This document shows, one piece after another, positions 26,957 to 34,956 of a stretch of DNA of 64,000 bases. The position numbers and the translations under genes are program-made. Location of the stretch: IMG/VR virus record IMGVR_UViG_3300009081_000011. One strand, written 5' to 3'. Source of the DNA: an uncultured virus (IMG/VR IMGVR_UViG_3300009081_000011). Lineage: Duplodnaviria; Heunggongvirae; Uroviricota; Caudoviricetes. The notes beneath the pieces were generated by a model. That model did not search any database. It was not told where the DNA came from and was given only the letters and a program-made list of their open reading frames with translations. Each line of letters begins with the position of its first letter. Positions within the stretch are counted from its first letter, which is position 1.

Positions 26957-27145
26957 TTACACGAATTCGCGCTGTGGCTGGTGCACGATTGGCCCGTCGT
27001 CCCCAACCAGGCGGATCCCCTCGCTTTCGAGCTGCATTCGCAAGATAGGGTTCTTCAAGAGTTTCGAAAGCTTTTTAGCGTGCGCGTCAGCCTCTTGCTC
27101 GTTCTGCGCAAGAACCTCGATGCTCACCAGAATGCGGTATCTCAC
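26957..27145 (-). CDS. hypothetical protein
   Basis: short ORF with GTGA coupling. Confidence 0.5.
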   Translation of the reverse strand: MRYRILVSIEVLAQNEQEADAHAKKLSKLLKNPILRMQLESEGIRLVGDDGPIVHQPQREFV

Positions 27146-28704
27146 GGCTCTTCCCACCCTCGTTGGGGTGCCGGTTCATCTTCTATAGGCGGCGGTACGT
27201 GCGCGGGCGGCGGTGGAAGATCCTGCTCCCTCATCCGAGCCGTTTGTCGCATCGGCACAGCTACGAACCCTTGAGGGGGCTCATAACCTTCGACCACTCG
27301 AACGTAGCCCGGCGGAAGTTGTTGCTGTTCTGTCTGTTCGCGTCGTTGCCGTTCTGCGGCTGCTGTCTTGCTGATCTTGTCGACGTACTCGCCACCCTTT
27401 TTGAACATCTCGGGCAAATTGATGAGGAGCGTATCCCAGCCTCTGATGTTGCCGTCCTGGCGCCCGTAGATAATCTTACCGTTCCCCGTGTCGACGACTT
27501 CGATTGGGCTATCCGGATCTTGCGCAGCGGTCTCGTCGAACCGTTGTCCGCCGTTGTGTTGCCCGCCTCCAAGAAGCGAATCGAGTTCTTCTCTGAGCGC
27601 CATAGCTCTTCGAATGGTGCTCATCGACTCGCGCAAAGGATCGGGCGGTCCTTGGTTCGGACGGGCGTAGGGGTCTCGCTCTCGAGCATATTGATCGCGC
27701 TCGTGCGGTTCGCCTCGCGGCGCATAGTAAGGAGGACGCTCGCGCTGGTGGTCTCGAGACATCGGAGATCTTGGGTTGTTCACCGGTTCGAGTACGCAAC
27801 AGTTCGACTCGGGTAGCCATCGATACACGTAGCCGGGCGGAGCTGGCGTGTTCGGGAGATTCGGCACCGTCGGTGCGGCCGTCTGCGAATGGGCGACCGG
27901 CGCAGGCGCCGGTTGCGCTTGGCGCACGATCGCGAACATTTCCTGAAACCACTTCATCATCGAAGCAGGATCGGGATTCGTTGGTGGTGGCGGCATGGAT
28001 GGTTGGTGCGGTTGTTGAGCCCACACAGGTGCGGGTTGCGTCTGCGGTTGCACCGATTGAACCAACTCGAACATCTGGCGAAACATCGACATCGGATCGG
28101 GTCCGGGGGGTGGCGATCCTTGTTGAGGCGCTTGTGGCGACGGATACCCTTGGTGAGGCGTTCCGTTCAACGGTGACCAGTGCGGCGGCTGCCCTTGATA
28201 CGGCGCGCGTGTATCCTTCATCACAATTTTCCCTTTGCCGCGCCATTCTTTGGTGGTGGCGTCGAAGAACTCGACTTCGTAGGCAGCTTCGCCGCACTGC
28301 CCGTGTGCGGCTTTGATTTCTTCAAAGAGCTCGGTTGGTGAACGAGGGAAGCTCGTGATCACGTCCGTCGTTTCAGGGCCACCGCTCAGTCGTCGCACCT
28401 TGACGTGGATCGTGCTCGTAGGCCACGCTTCTAGAAGCCCTGCGTATTTTACGAGCGGATCGTTCGTGCTGAACGAAGCTTTTTCGCCTGCGCGTATCTT
28501 CGCAGCAACGGTGCTCGTTTGTCTTTTTTGCCTGACGGTTTCGGCGTCGATCGCGCCTATCTTGCGAATGTTCTCTATCGGGGCTTGAAGCTCGCCGTTT
28601 TCATCTGCCTCCGCACCGACCTCTTCCACGATGTCGGCTTCGGTATCTTGTGCAGGCACTCCGTGTGCCCGATTAACGGGTTGGCCGTCTTTTCGTGCTG
28701 CCAA
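27142..28704 (-). CDS. Pro/Gln-rich protein with folded N-terminal part
   Basis: 520 aa; two PDP..M..(W/M)F.(Q/E)MF amphipathic motifs within a low-complexity region. Confidence 0.7.
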   Translation of the reverse strand: MAARKDGQPVNRAHGVPAQDTEADIVEEVGAEADENGELQAPIENIRKIGAIDAETVRQKRQTSTVAAKIRAGEKASFSTNDPLVKYAGLLEAWPTSTIHVKVRRLSGGPETTDVITSFPRSPTELFEEIKAAHGQCGEAAYEVEFFDATTKEWRGKGKIVMKDTRAPYQGQPPHWSPLNGTPHQGYPSPQAPQQGSPPPGPDPMSMFRQMFELVQSVQPQTQPAPVWAQQPHQPSMPPPPTNPDPASMMKWFQEMFAIVRQAQPAPAPVAHSQTAAPTVPNLPNTPAPPGYVYRWLPESNCCVLEPVNNPRSPMSRDHQRERPPYYAPRGEPHERDQYARERDPYARPNQGPPDPLRESMSTIRRAMALREELDSLLGGGQHNGGQRFDETAAQDPDSPIEVVDTGNGKIIYGRQDGNIRGWDTLLINLPEMFKKGGEYVDKISKTAAAERQRREQTEQQQLPPGYVRVVEGYEPPQGFVAVPMRQTARMREQDLPPPPAHVPPPIEDEPAPQRGWEEP

Positions 28705-28736
28705 AATTCGCTCTCTAATCTCTCTCGATGAGGTTT

Positions 28737-29183
28737 TCAGGGCGACGGCTGCCCGTTTGGCGGCGCGTCCGCAGCCGGTGTCGAATCGGGCACCTCATCA
28801 CCGTCGTCGGGAACGTCGTCGTTGTCTTCGTCGTCGTAGACGTAAGGATCGTCACCCGCCGCGGAGGCGTTGATTTCTTCGGCCAAAACTTCGAGAGCCA
28901 TCTGCTCGTGTGCGAGCCGAACCCGACGCATCGGGATGGTGTCTCTTGCCCCTACCGCGTTGTTACGAGACGTCGAGTAGACGTACACCGCGACCGCGTT
29001 GCGACTGATGAACATGGCCTCTACATGCATGCTGGGCATGAAGGGATGCGGTTTGCCAACGACCCAGTTCACCGTAGGGCCCTTGCTGTTGCTGTTCTCG
29101 GGATCGAGATTGTCGGTAACGAGCAGCCTGAGCTCGGGCGGCGGCAGCTCTTCGGGATTTGTCGGCACGTTCGGCATCGTCAT
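28737..29183 (-). CDS. hypothetical protein with acidic tail
   Basis: 148 aa, coupled to the JAB gene. Confidence 0.6.
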   Translation of the reverse strand: MTMPNVPTNPEELPPPELRLLVTDNLDPENSNSKGPTVNWVVGKPHPFMPSMHVEAMFISRNAVAVYVYSTSRNNAVGARDTIPMRRVRLAHEQMALEVLAEEINASAAGDDPYVYDDEDNDDVPDDGDEVPDSTPAADAPPNGQPSP

Positions 29184-29809
29184 AGTTGGCCGTCCTCCAA
29201 GAACGAGTAGTAGCTGGGTCGTTTCGAATCGCCAGCTATGATGACGTGATCAAGAAAACGTATTCCAACGGCTTCGATCGCATCGGCGAACGCTTCGGTC
29301 GTCTCTTCGTCCGCTTGGCTTGGCTCGGCCTCGACGCCGGACGGATGACAGTGAAAAAGAATCGCGCCGCCGCCTCCGCTAACTACCGCGGCTCTGACCG
29401 TCGGCGTTACGGGCGCCATCACACTCGACGCCTCACCTCGGCCGGTCTCGGTGTACCCTTTCAAACGGCCGTGAATGTCGAGCGTCAAAACACCGAAGAC
29501 TTCTTCGTTCTCGTTACCGAGATAGTCGAAGAGGAACTCGGCGACCTTCTTCGGGTCGTTGAGCGGTCCGATCTTGTCGGCTAGCGCATTGCAGGCTGCG
29601 AAACGATGCTCGTCCTTCTCGACTCTCAAAAACGGGCGGCAGCCGCTACCGCTACCGCTATCGAGCTCGACTTCTTCGATGTCACGCGCGAGCCGAGGGC
29701 GCGGCGCACGTAGCGGCGTACGCACCCTAGGGCGCAAGAACGGATTCTGCCGCGCTCGCGGCGGCTCGCGACACTCACATGCCGAGCGATTCGAACGCAG
29801 ATGAAGCAT
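29180..29809 (-). CDS. radC: RadC-like JAB/MPN+ domain protein
   Basis: EVFGVLTLD, HCHPSG..PSQAD, FLDHVII. Confidence 0.85.
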   Translation of the reverse strand: MLHLRSNRSACECREPPRARQNPFLRPRVRTPLRAPRPRLARDIEEVELDSGSGSGCRPFLRVEKDEHRFAACNALADKIGPLNDPKKVAEFLFDYLGNENEEVFGVLTLDIHGRLKGYTETGRGEASSVMAPVTPTVRAAVVSGGGGAILFHCHPSGVEAEPSQADEETTEAFADAIEAVGIRFLDHVIIAGDSKRPSYYSFLEDGQL

Positions 29810-30211
29810 TCAGACCGGAGCTCCTGCGACGACGTTAGTGTTGCCGTTTGCCGTCTTCGGGGTCGCGCCGAGCGACTTTGCCGCGTCCGGCGAATCGAAC
29901 GAGACGAAGTCTTTACCGCTCGCAGTTTGGATCAATAGCTCATCGAGCGTCACGTCCGTCACGAAGAGAGCAATGTCTTTTTCTTCGGCCATGGGCAGGT
30001 AGACCATGCCAGCGTCGAGCACGATCTGCCTGAGCGTCGTCACGATCAACAGATCGCCGACCTTGACGCCTTTGGCCGCCGCATCGGGGCCAACAGCGTC
30101 TACGAGGACGAATTTCGTGACCTTCGATTCGTCGATCCGAATGATTTTCGATTCGGATCGACGAATGGTCATGCGGCCGATGATCTGACTGCCTCTGGGA
30201 GCAAATTTCAT
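29810..30211 (-). CDS. GroES-like co-chaperonin
   Basis: MKFAPRGSQII, SKII, AVGP..VKVGD, EKDIAL; about 45-aa C-terminal extension. Confidence 0.65.
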   Translation of the reverse strand: MKFAPRGSQIIGRMTIRRSESKIIRIDESKVTKFVLVDAVGPDAAAKGVKVGDLLIVTTLRQIVLDAGMVYLPMAEEKDIALFVTDVTLDELLIQTASGKDFVSFDSPDAAKSLGATPKTANGNTNVVAGAPV

Positions 30212-30711
30212 TGTGTTTTTTCCTCTAGCTGCGGTTCGGCAGTGGTGTGCACGAGACGCTTCGGTGTCAACTCGTCCGGCGGCGAAGGAACAACAACGCC
30301 TGCGCGCCGGAGTGCTTCACGTAACGCCTCGTTCTCCATTCGCGTCGTCTCGAGCTCTACGAGCACTTCACTGAAGTACTCGCGACTCGGGGCGAAGTAC
30401 GTTCCCTCTGCGGGCTTCCTCGCGTCCTCGGGGACGCGCGCCCTGGCTGTGTTCAGGATGACGAGCGCGCTCATGCGCACTTCGCGATCAGGGCAACTTC
30501 CGAGACACGGCTCCGTTTCGTTCTTCTCGCCAGCGCAACCCTCTGCGTGCTGACACCGTTCGAGGATTTCAACGGTCCCGTGTTTGACGATCTCCCACGA
30601 GACCTTGTTGCGCCAGAGCGCGAGCTTTAGGGCGTTCCAGTTTCGAACCGAAACGGGCACCTTTTGATCGCCGGGGTTCTCGAAACCCATCATCCCGCGT
30701 GGAGTCGTCAT
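30208..30711 (-). CDS. hypothetical protein with Cys cluster and coiled coil
   Basis: CQH..CAG..CLGSCPD. Confidence 0.6.
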   Translation of the reverse strand: MTTPRGMMGFENPGDQKVPVSVRNWNALKLALWRNKVSWEIVKHGTVEILERCQHAEGCAGEKNETEPCLGSCPDREVRMSALVILNTARARVPEDARKPAEGTYFAPSREYFSEVLVELETTRMENEALREALRRAGVVVPSPPDELTPKRLVHTTAEPQLEEKTQ

Positions 30712-30914
30712 GTGAGTGCCCCGTTCGGCTCGCGGATGCGAATTCGTGAATCGATAGGTGTCGGCTTTGGATGGTTGGCAACCTGAAGAAGCACCGTTCG
30801 CATCCACGCACTCGTGCTTACCTTGCAGCGTTCAGCGCGTTGTTCGATCATTCGGTACTGTTCAGGGGTGAATTTGAGGCCCACGAACTTCGTCTTGGAC
30901 GAACCGTTTACCAT
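30708..30914 (-). CDS. ribbon-helix-helix regulator
   Basis: FVGLKFTPEQYRMIEQRAE...STSAWMR. Confidence 0.65.
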   Translation of the reverse strand: MVNGSSKTKFVGLKFTPEQYRMIEQRAERCKVSTSAWMRTVLLQVANHPKPTPIDSRIRIREPNGALT

Positions 30915-30948
30915 TCGTTTAACCTAGGGTATCCTGCGCTCGCCGAAG

Positions 30949-30977
30949 TAGACCTGTCAAGACTTCAAGCGTAAACT
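30949..30977 (+). promoter_or_regulatory. sigma70-like promoter candidate
   Basis: TAGACC-N17-TAAACT, 9 nt upstream of ATG 30987, in a divergent gap. Confidence 0.4.
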
Positions 30978-30986
30978 GAACAGGCA

Positions 30987-31397
30987 ATGGCGCAATTCGG
31001 CGCTGGCCCAGAGCTTTCTGCGCAGTGTCCGACCGTACCGGCGCCGGACGGCTGGCAAGCGTGGACGGACGCTCACGGTCCCGTGCCGGAAGCGCTCGAT
31101 AAACGTGCCGCTGTGTTTGCTTCCGATCTGAGTGTTCCGCTTGGAAGTACCGAAAGTTACCCGCTACCGGGCGTCACGACGCTCATTCGCATCGAGCCGC
31201 GTGTTTGGAGCCGTGACGCGCAGGGAAATCTCGTGCAAGGTTGCTTTCGAAGCGTGGGCATCTATCTCCCCAGCGGAGACGACGTGACGCCCCCAGAAAA
31301 GGACGGGAGTGGATGGAACAAGGCCATCGCCGTCCTCACGGTCGCAAGTCTCGCCGTCGGAACGGCCGCAACCCTGTACTCTTGGGGGAAGCGATGA
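30987..31397 (+). CDS. C-terminally anchored membrane protein
   Basis: MAQFGAG start; C-terminal TM then GKR; region resembles the 4339-4749 protein (VP.P.GW). Confidence 0.65.
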   Translation: MAQFGAGPELSAQCPTVPAPDGWQAWTDAHGPVPEALDKRAAVFASDLSVPLGSTESYPLPGVTTLIRIEPRVWSRDAQGNLVQGCFRSVGIYLPSGDDVTPPEKDGSGWNKAIAVLTVASLAVGTAATLYSWGKR

Positions 31398-31600
31398 ACG
31401 AGCAGATTTTTCTGAACGGTGCGCCCGTCGTTGGGTTCGGGCTCCCTGAAAGAAACGCAGCCATTGGTGTCGGTACACCTGCCGTCGCAACAGCAGCCTT
31501 GCCTTGGGGTGAGATAGTAGCCTCGAGCATCGTCAGCGCCGCAGCAGGTTGGGCGCTCGACGAAGCCGTACGTGCGGCACGAAAGAAAAGACGCCGATGA
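31394..31600 (+). CDS. small membrane protein with basic tail
   Basis: MNEQIFLNGAPVVGFGL...RKKRRR; ATGA coupling on both sides. Confidence 0.6.
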   Translation: MNEQIFLNGAPVVGFGLPERNAAIGVGTPAVATAALPWGEIVASSIVSAAAGWALDEAVRAARKKRRR

Positions 31601-32382
31601 ACGAAATGATTTTTCTCGGCGGCTGCCCCGTCATCAAACCCGAAGGGATCTACCTCGACGGCCGGCGCGTCATCCGGTTCGGGCTCCAAGGTTTCGGGCT
31701 CGGCGACGTCGGTGATCTCCTCGCGTACCGTCAAATGTGGGAGCCGTTCGTCGGTACGCATCTGAATCTCTGGCGCAACATGAACGAGGTGCTCGAGAAC
31801 AACGCGATCGCAAAAGAGTGCACGCCTGATGTCCCGAGCTCGAACCCGTCCTTGCAATCGTTCTGCGCTGCGCTCACGCTCACGCGCATCTACACGAGCG
31901 CCACGCACCCGCTTGGCATTCTCACGCAGTGGAACGCTTGGAAGGATAAGTCGAGCGCCGACATCGTTGCGGGCGCCTCGTCGATGCTCGAGTCGCAACA
32001 GAACGTCGTCCTTCGTGTAGGTAACACGTACAAGGATGAGCTCGTCAAGATCGCGAAAACCTGGAACGTCGACCTCAAACTTCCGGACGTGCCGCCGTTC
32101 AGTTTGCAGCAAGAGATCCAGGCGCGCATCGCCGGAGCCTATGTCACTGCGAAGGGTGTCGTTCAGATCATCGGGTACGGCGCGGGTGAAGTACTTCTGA
32201 TGGCGACCGACACTGCACAGGCGACGGCCCAGGGGCTCAAAGAGACGGCGCAGGACATCCCGAAAACAACTCGTTGGGTCGCTATCGCAGCCGGCATCAC
32301 GGCCGTTGTCGTGGGCGGTGTGCTGATCGCCTACTACGTGCCGCGTCAAAGTACCCCAAAAGACCAAACGGCGTACCCGTAG
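31597..32382 (+). CDS. C-terminally anchored helical protein
   Basis: IYLDGRRVIRFGLQGFGLGD; TM near the C-terminus. Confidence 0.7.
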   Translation: MNEMIFLGGCPVIKPEGIYLDGRRVIRFGLQGFGLGDVGDLLAYRQMWEPFVGTHLNLWRNMNEVLENNAIAKECTPDVPSSNPSLQSFCAALTLTRIYTSATHPLGILTQWNAWKDKSSADIVAGASSMLESQQNVVLRVGNTYKDELVKIAKTWNVDLKLPDVPPFSLQQEIQARIAGAYVTAKGVVQIIGYGAGEVLLMATDTAQATAQGLKETAQDIPKTTRWVAIAAGITAVVVGGVLIAYYVPRQSTPKDQTAYP

Positions 32383-32419
32383 AGGTACCTCAACTCTGAT
32401 GAAGTCGTGAGGTAAGGTT

Positions 32420-32851
32420 GTGACGGCACATCTCGACGAAACCGAAGTAGATAGCCCAGAGATGACCGACGCGAACGGCTACGACAGACGCCTCTCATCG
32501 CTTGAGCGATGGCGCGACCTCATCGACGAAGAGCGCGGGAAGATCATGGGCGAGCTAGGTGAAATCAAGGGGCTCATGACGGGCGTCGGCGTCCAAATGA
32601 CGGGCATCACGAGCCAACTCGAGGGCATCAAAGAGCAGCTCGAGGAACGCCCTAGCCGCACGGAGTTCAAGGAAGCGGAACGTCAGATCCAGAGCATTCG
32701 CGCGAAGTCGACGACGGGGCTCCTCTCCAAGTTGGAGATACAAGGCCCCGGAAACATGTCGTTCAAACTCCTCGGCGTCTCTGGTGTCACGATCGTACTC
32801 ACACTCTTCCTGGTCGTTGTGATCGCCGCGCTCTGGTTCTTGAAGAAGTGA
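32420..32851 (+). CDS. coiled-coil protein with C-terminal TM
   Basis: heptad region followed by a hydrophobic helix ending in KK. Confidence 0.65.
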   Translation: MTAHLDETEVDSPEMTDANGYDRRLSSLERWRDLIDEERGKIMGELGEIKGLMTGVGVQMTGITSQLEGIKEQLEERPSRTEFKEAERQIQSIRAKSTTGLLSKLEIQGPGNMSFKLLGVSGVTIVLTLFLVVVIAALWFLKK

Positions 32852-32852
32852 T

Positions 32853-33011
32853 TCAAGGCCAGTAATGACCGGTTCCCGGAGGTGGCGGTGGGGGCGGTGG
32901 ACTTGGCTCCCTGTCTCTGTCGAGCGTCCACTTCGAGCGCGCGCCGGCCGCGAGCATGACGACCGCCGAAGCGGCGAGCGCGAACGGAAACCAACCCGGC
33001 ATCTTCTTCAT
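32853..33011 (-). CDS. small membrane peptide with poly-Pro
   Basis: MKKMPGWFPFALAASAVV..PPPPPPPP. Confidence 0.45.
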   Translation of the reverse strand: MKKMPGWFPFALAASAVVMLAAGARSKWTLDRDREPSPPPPPPPPGTGHYWP

Positions 33012-33247
33012 CGCGGAAGTTGTGGCGGCGGGTCCTCGCTGCCGATCGTGCCACCGACGAACGCACCGACCACTGCGCCGGTAGCGCCGCCGATCACCAT
33101 CGCGTCTTCGATTTGGCTGCCGCGATCGCGTACAGAGAACCGAACACGCGGTCGGTATCGCGCGGCAGCGTAACCGGCAGCGGCGCCTGCCGCGCCGCCT
33201 AACACCGCACCGAGCGCGGAAAGAAGTCCCGTCTTCGCGTTGCTCAT
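33008..33247 (-). CDS. glycine-zipper membrane protein
   Basis: GAVLGGAAGAAAG and GGATGAVVGAFVGG. Confidence 0.6.
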   Translation of the reverse strand: MSNAKTGLLSALGAVLGGAAGAAAGYAAARYRPRVRFSVRDRGSQIEDAMVIGGATGAVVGAFVGGTIGSEDPPPQLPR

Positions 33248-33654
33248 TGGAGGCTCCCAATCGCTGGCGCTTCCACGTGATCTCCGGTCTCGTAGGGCAC
33301 CGCGAAGATCACACAGATGATCGGCATGTCGGCTCCTTGCAAATCGACGACGAGCCACATCGCGTTCGCTTCGGCCGGCATTTTCACGACACTCTGCGCC
33401 GAGTGCGACCACATCTTGAACTCACTTGCGCGCTTGCCGAAAACGCTTTGAAGGTGCTCGGCATAGGCGAGGCGTGTGTAGTAGTAAATCTCCGGACCTT
33501 GATCCGACGCTGCGAGCACGATATCGCTCGTGTTGAACCTGCTTCTCGCTTCTCGGTAAGCGTCGAGCAAATTGGCGGGCTGAAACATCCGCAGGACGAC
33601 CCTTTTGCTGGCGTCGGTCGTACCGGGGGCAAACTCGAGTCCCGTCTTGAGCAT
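33244..33654 (-). CDS. hypothetical protein
   Basis: 136-aa ORF at the head of a short minus-strand operon. Confidence 0.6.
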   Translation of the reverse strand: MLKTGLEFAPGTTDASKRVVLRMFQPANLLDAYREARSRFNTSDIVLAASDQGPEIYYYTRLAYAEHLQSVFGKRASEFKMWSHSAQSVVKMPAEANAMWLVVDLQGADMPIICVIFAVPYETGDHVEAPAIGSLQ

Positions 33655-33682
33655 TGTCAAGCATTCTACTCGACTGTATAAC
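33654..33682 (+). promoter_or_regulatory. sigma70-like promoter for the amidase operon
   Basis: TTGTCA-N17-TATAAC. Confidence 0.5.
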
Positions 33683-33701
33683 GTAGAGGGAAGGATCTCG
33701 C

Positions 33702-33878
33702 GTGATCGGCCATATTTCCGCCGGAAGGAACGTCGCCCTGGCGCTCCTCTTGATCCTGACAGTCGTCGTTGTCGTTCTCACCATGGTGAGATGCGGTGAA
33801 GGTCGACCGCATCCTGCGATGCCGCCAATCGGTGCGGAACCCTCACCGCTCGCAGTACCGAGAAGTCTTCCGCAATGA
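33702..33878 (+). CDS. 58-aa single-TM protein (below the ORF-track cutoff), holin-like position
   Basis: GTG start, MIGHISAGRNVALALLLILTVVVVVLTMVRC..., ATGA overlap with the amidase. Confidence 0.55.
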   Translation: MIGHISAGRNVALALLLILTVVVVVLTMVRCGEGRPHPAMPPIGAEPSPLAVPRSLPQ

Positions 33879-34504
33879 GAATCGAAGGGCGTCACTGGCA
33901 CGTGTGGCGCGCTCGAGGGCCGCTCTATCAACGTCAGATCGATGCGAACCGCGCCGGGTGCGTTGCTGCTCTCGAACAACACCTGAACTCGACGACGGAC
34001 AAGAAGATCAACTACTCGACCGCGCTCATCGCCAAGAACGGCTCTGACAAGTCGAAGGTGTGGGGCCGTGACTACATCGCGCGAGTGTCCAAGGAATTCG
34101 GAACGAAGAACGCCGGCATCGTCGTTGGGCCTCCGCGGGGCGAGTACAATCTCAAGTTCTACCGATGCCCGGCGATCTTGCTCGAACCTGGCTTCATCTC
34201 GAACTACATGTTCGCCAACGTCGTTCAAGGAGGCGAAGGGATCGACGAGCTCGCCGAGTGCGCCGTCGACTCGATCTGCGAGATGTTTCCCGACGGCGGC
34301 CTCGTCTCACTGTCGGTCGGGCACCTCTACCGAGGAACACCGGACTCCGGCGCGCCGGTGAACGACGAGGACGACGAGGCCGATCCGAAGTTCGATACGG
34401 AAGGCGAGCTCAACGATATCATCGTCACTTCCATGGAAGAGATGCTCCTTCTGCGACAGGGACCGCACGACAGACCGACCGATCCGGCGCCTGCGAACAC
34501 ATGA
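33875..34504 (+). CDS. N-acetylmuramoyl-L-alanine amidase (Amidase_3), circularly permuted
   Basis: LYQRQIDAN, EQHLNS, PAILLEPGFISN, then VSLSVGH..DSGA..EGELN. Confidence 0.75.
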   Translation: MRIEGRHWHVWRARGPLYQRQIDANRAGCVAALEQHLNSTTDKKINYSTALIAKNGSDKSKVWGRDYIARVSKEFGTKNAGIVVGPPRGEYNLKFYRCPAILLEPGFISNYMFANVVQGGEGIDELAECAVDSICEMFPDGGLVSLSVGHLYRGTPDSGAPVNDEDDEADPKFDTEGELNDIIVTSMEEMLLLRQGPHDRPTDPAPANT

Positions 34505-34956
34505 TCCGCCGCGGCTTTTTGACGTTCGATCCGACGCTACTCGAGTGGGTGCTGCGCGAATCCGAATCGACGCGCTCAATCAAAATGAGTGCATCGGGAA
34601 AGGCGTGGCACCGACAAAACGTTAAAGACACGAAGTGCTCGACCGAGTTCTTGCGCGCCGCAGTAGCACTCACCGAAGAGGGCTCGTATCCGACCAAAGT
34701 TCGATGGTGGACCAACGTGCTACGAACTGGCGCGGAGTACAAACCGCACAGACACGACGGCAAGTGGGCGTTCGTCTACCACCTGACGGAAGGAGCCGCG
34801 ATCCATTTCGGTACTCCGGATGCGATCACGAGTTTCCAGGCGATGCCGGGGCAGCTTATCGTGTTCGTCTCACGCCTGCCGCATTGGACCGACAAGGTAG
34901 AAGGCGACGAACCGCGCGTATCGATCGCGGGGAACTTGTATTTCAAGCGCGGTTAG
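34501..34956 (+). CDS. 2OG-Fe(II) oxygenase-like protein
   Basis: WTNV, PHRHD, PGQLIVF, LPHW, RVSIAGN. Confidence 0.75.
   Translation: MIRRGFLTFDPTLLEWVLRESESTRSIKMSASGKAWHRQNVKDTKCSTEFLRAAVALTEEGSYPTKVRWWTNVLRTGAEYKPHRHDGKWAFVYHLTEGAAIHFGTPDAITSFQAMPGQLIVFVSRLPHWTDKVEGDEPRVSIAGNLYFKRG

Noticed and set aside
30930..30960. Minus-strand TTGACA as promoter of the assembly operon
   Set aside because: No acceptable -10 element at 16-18 nt spacing
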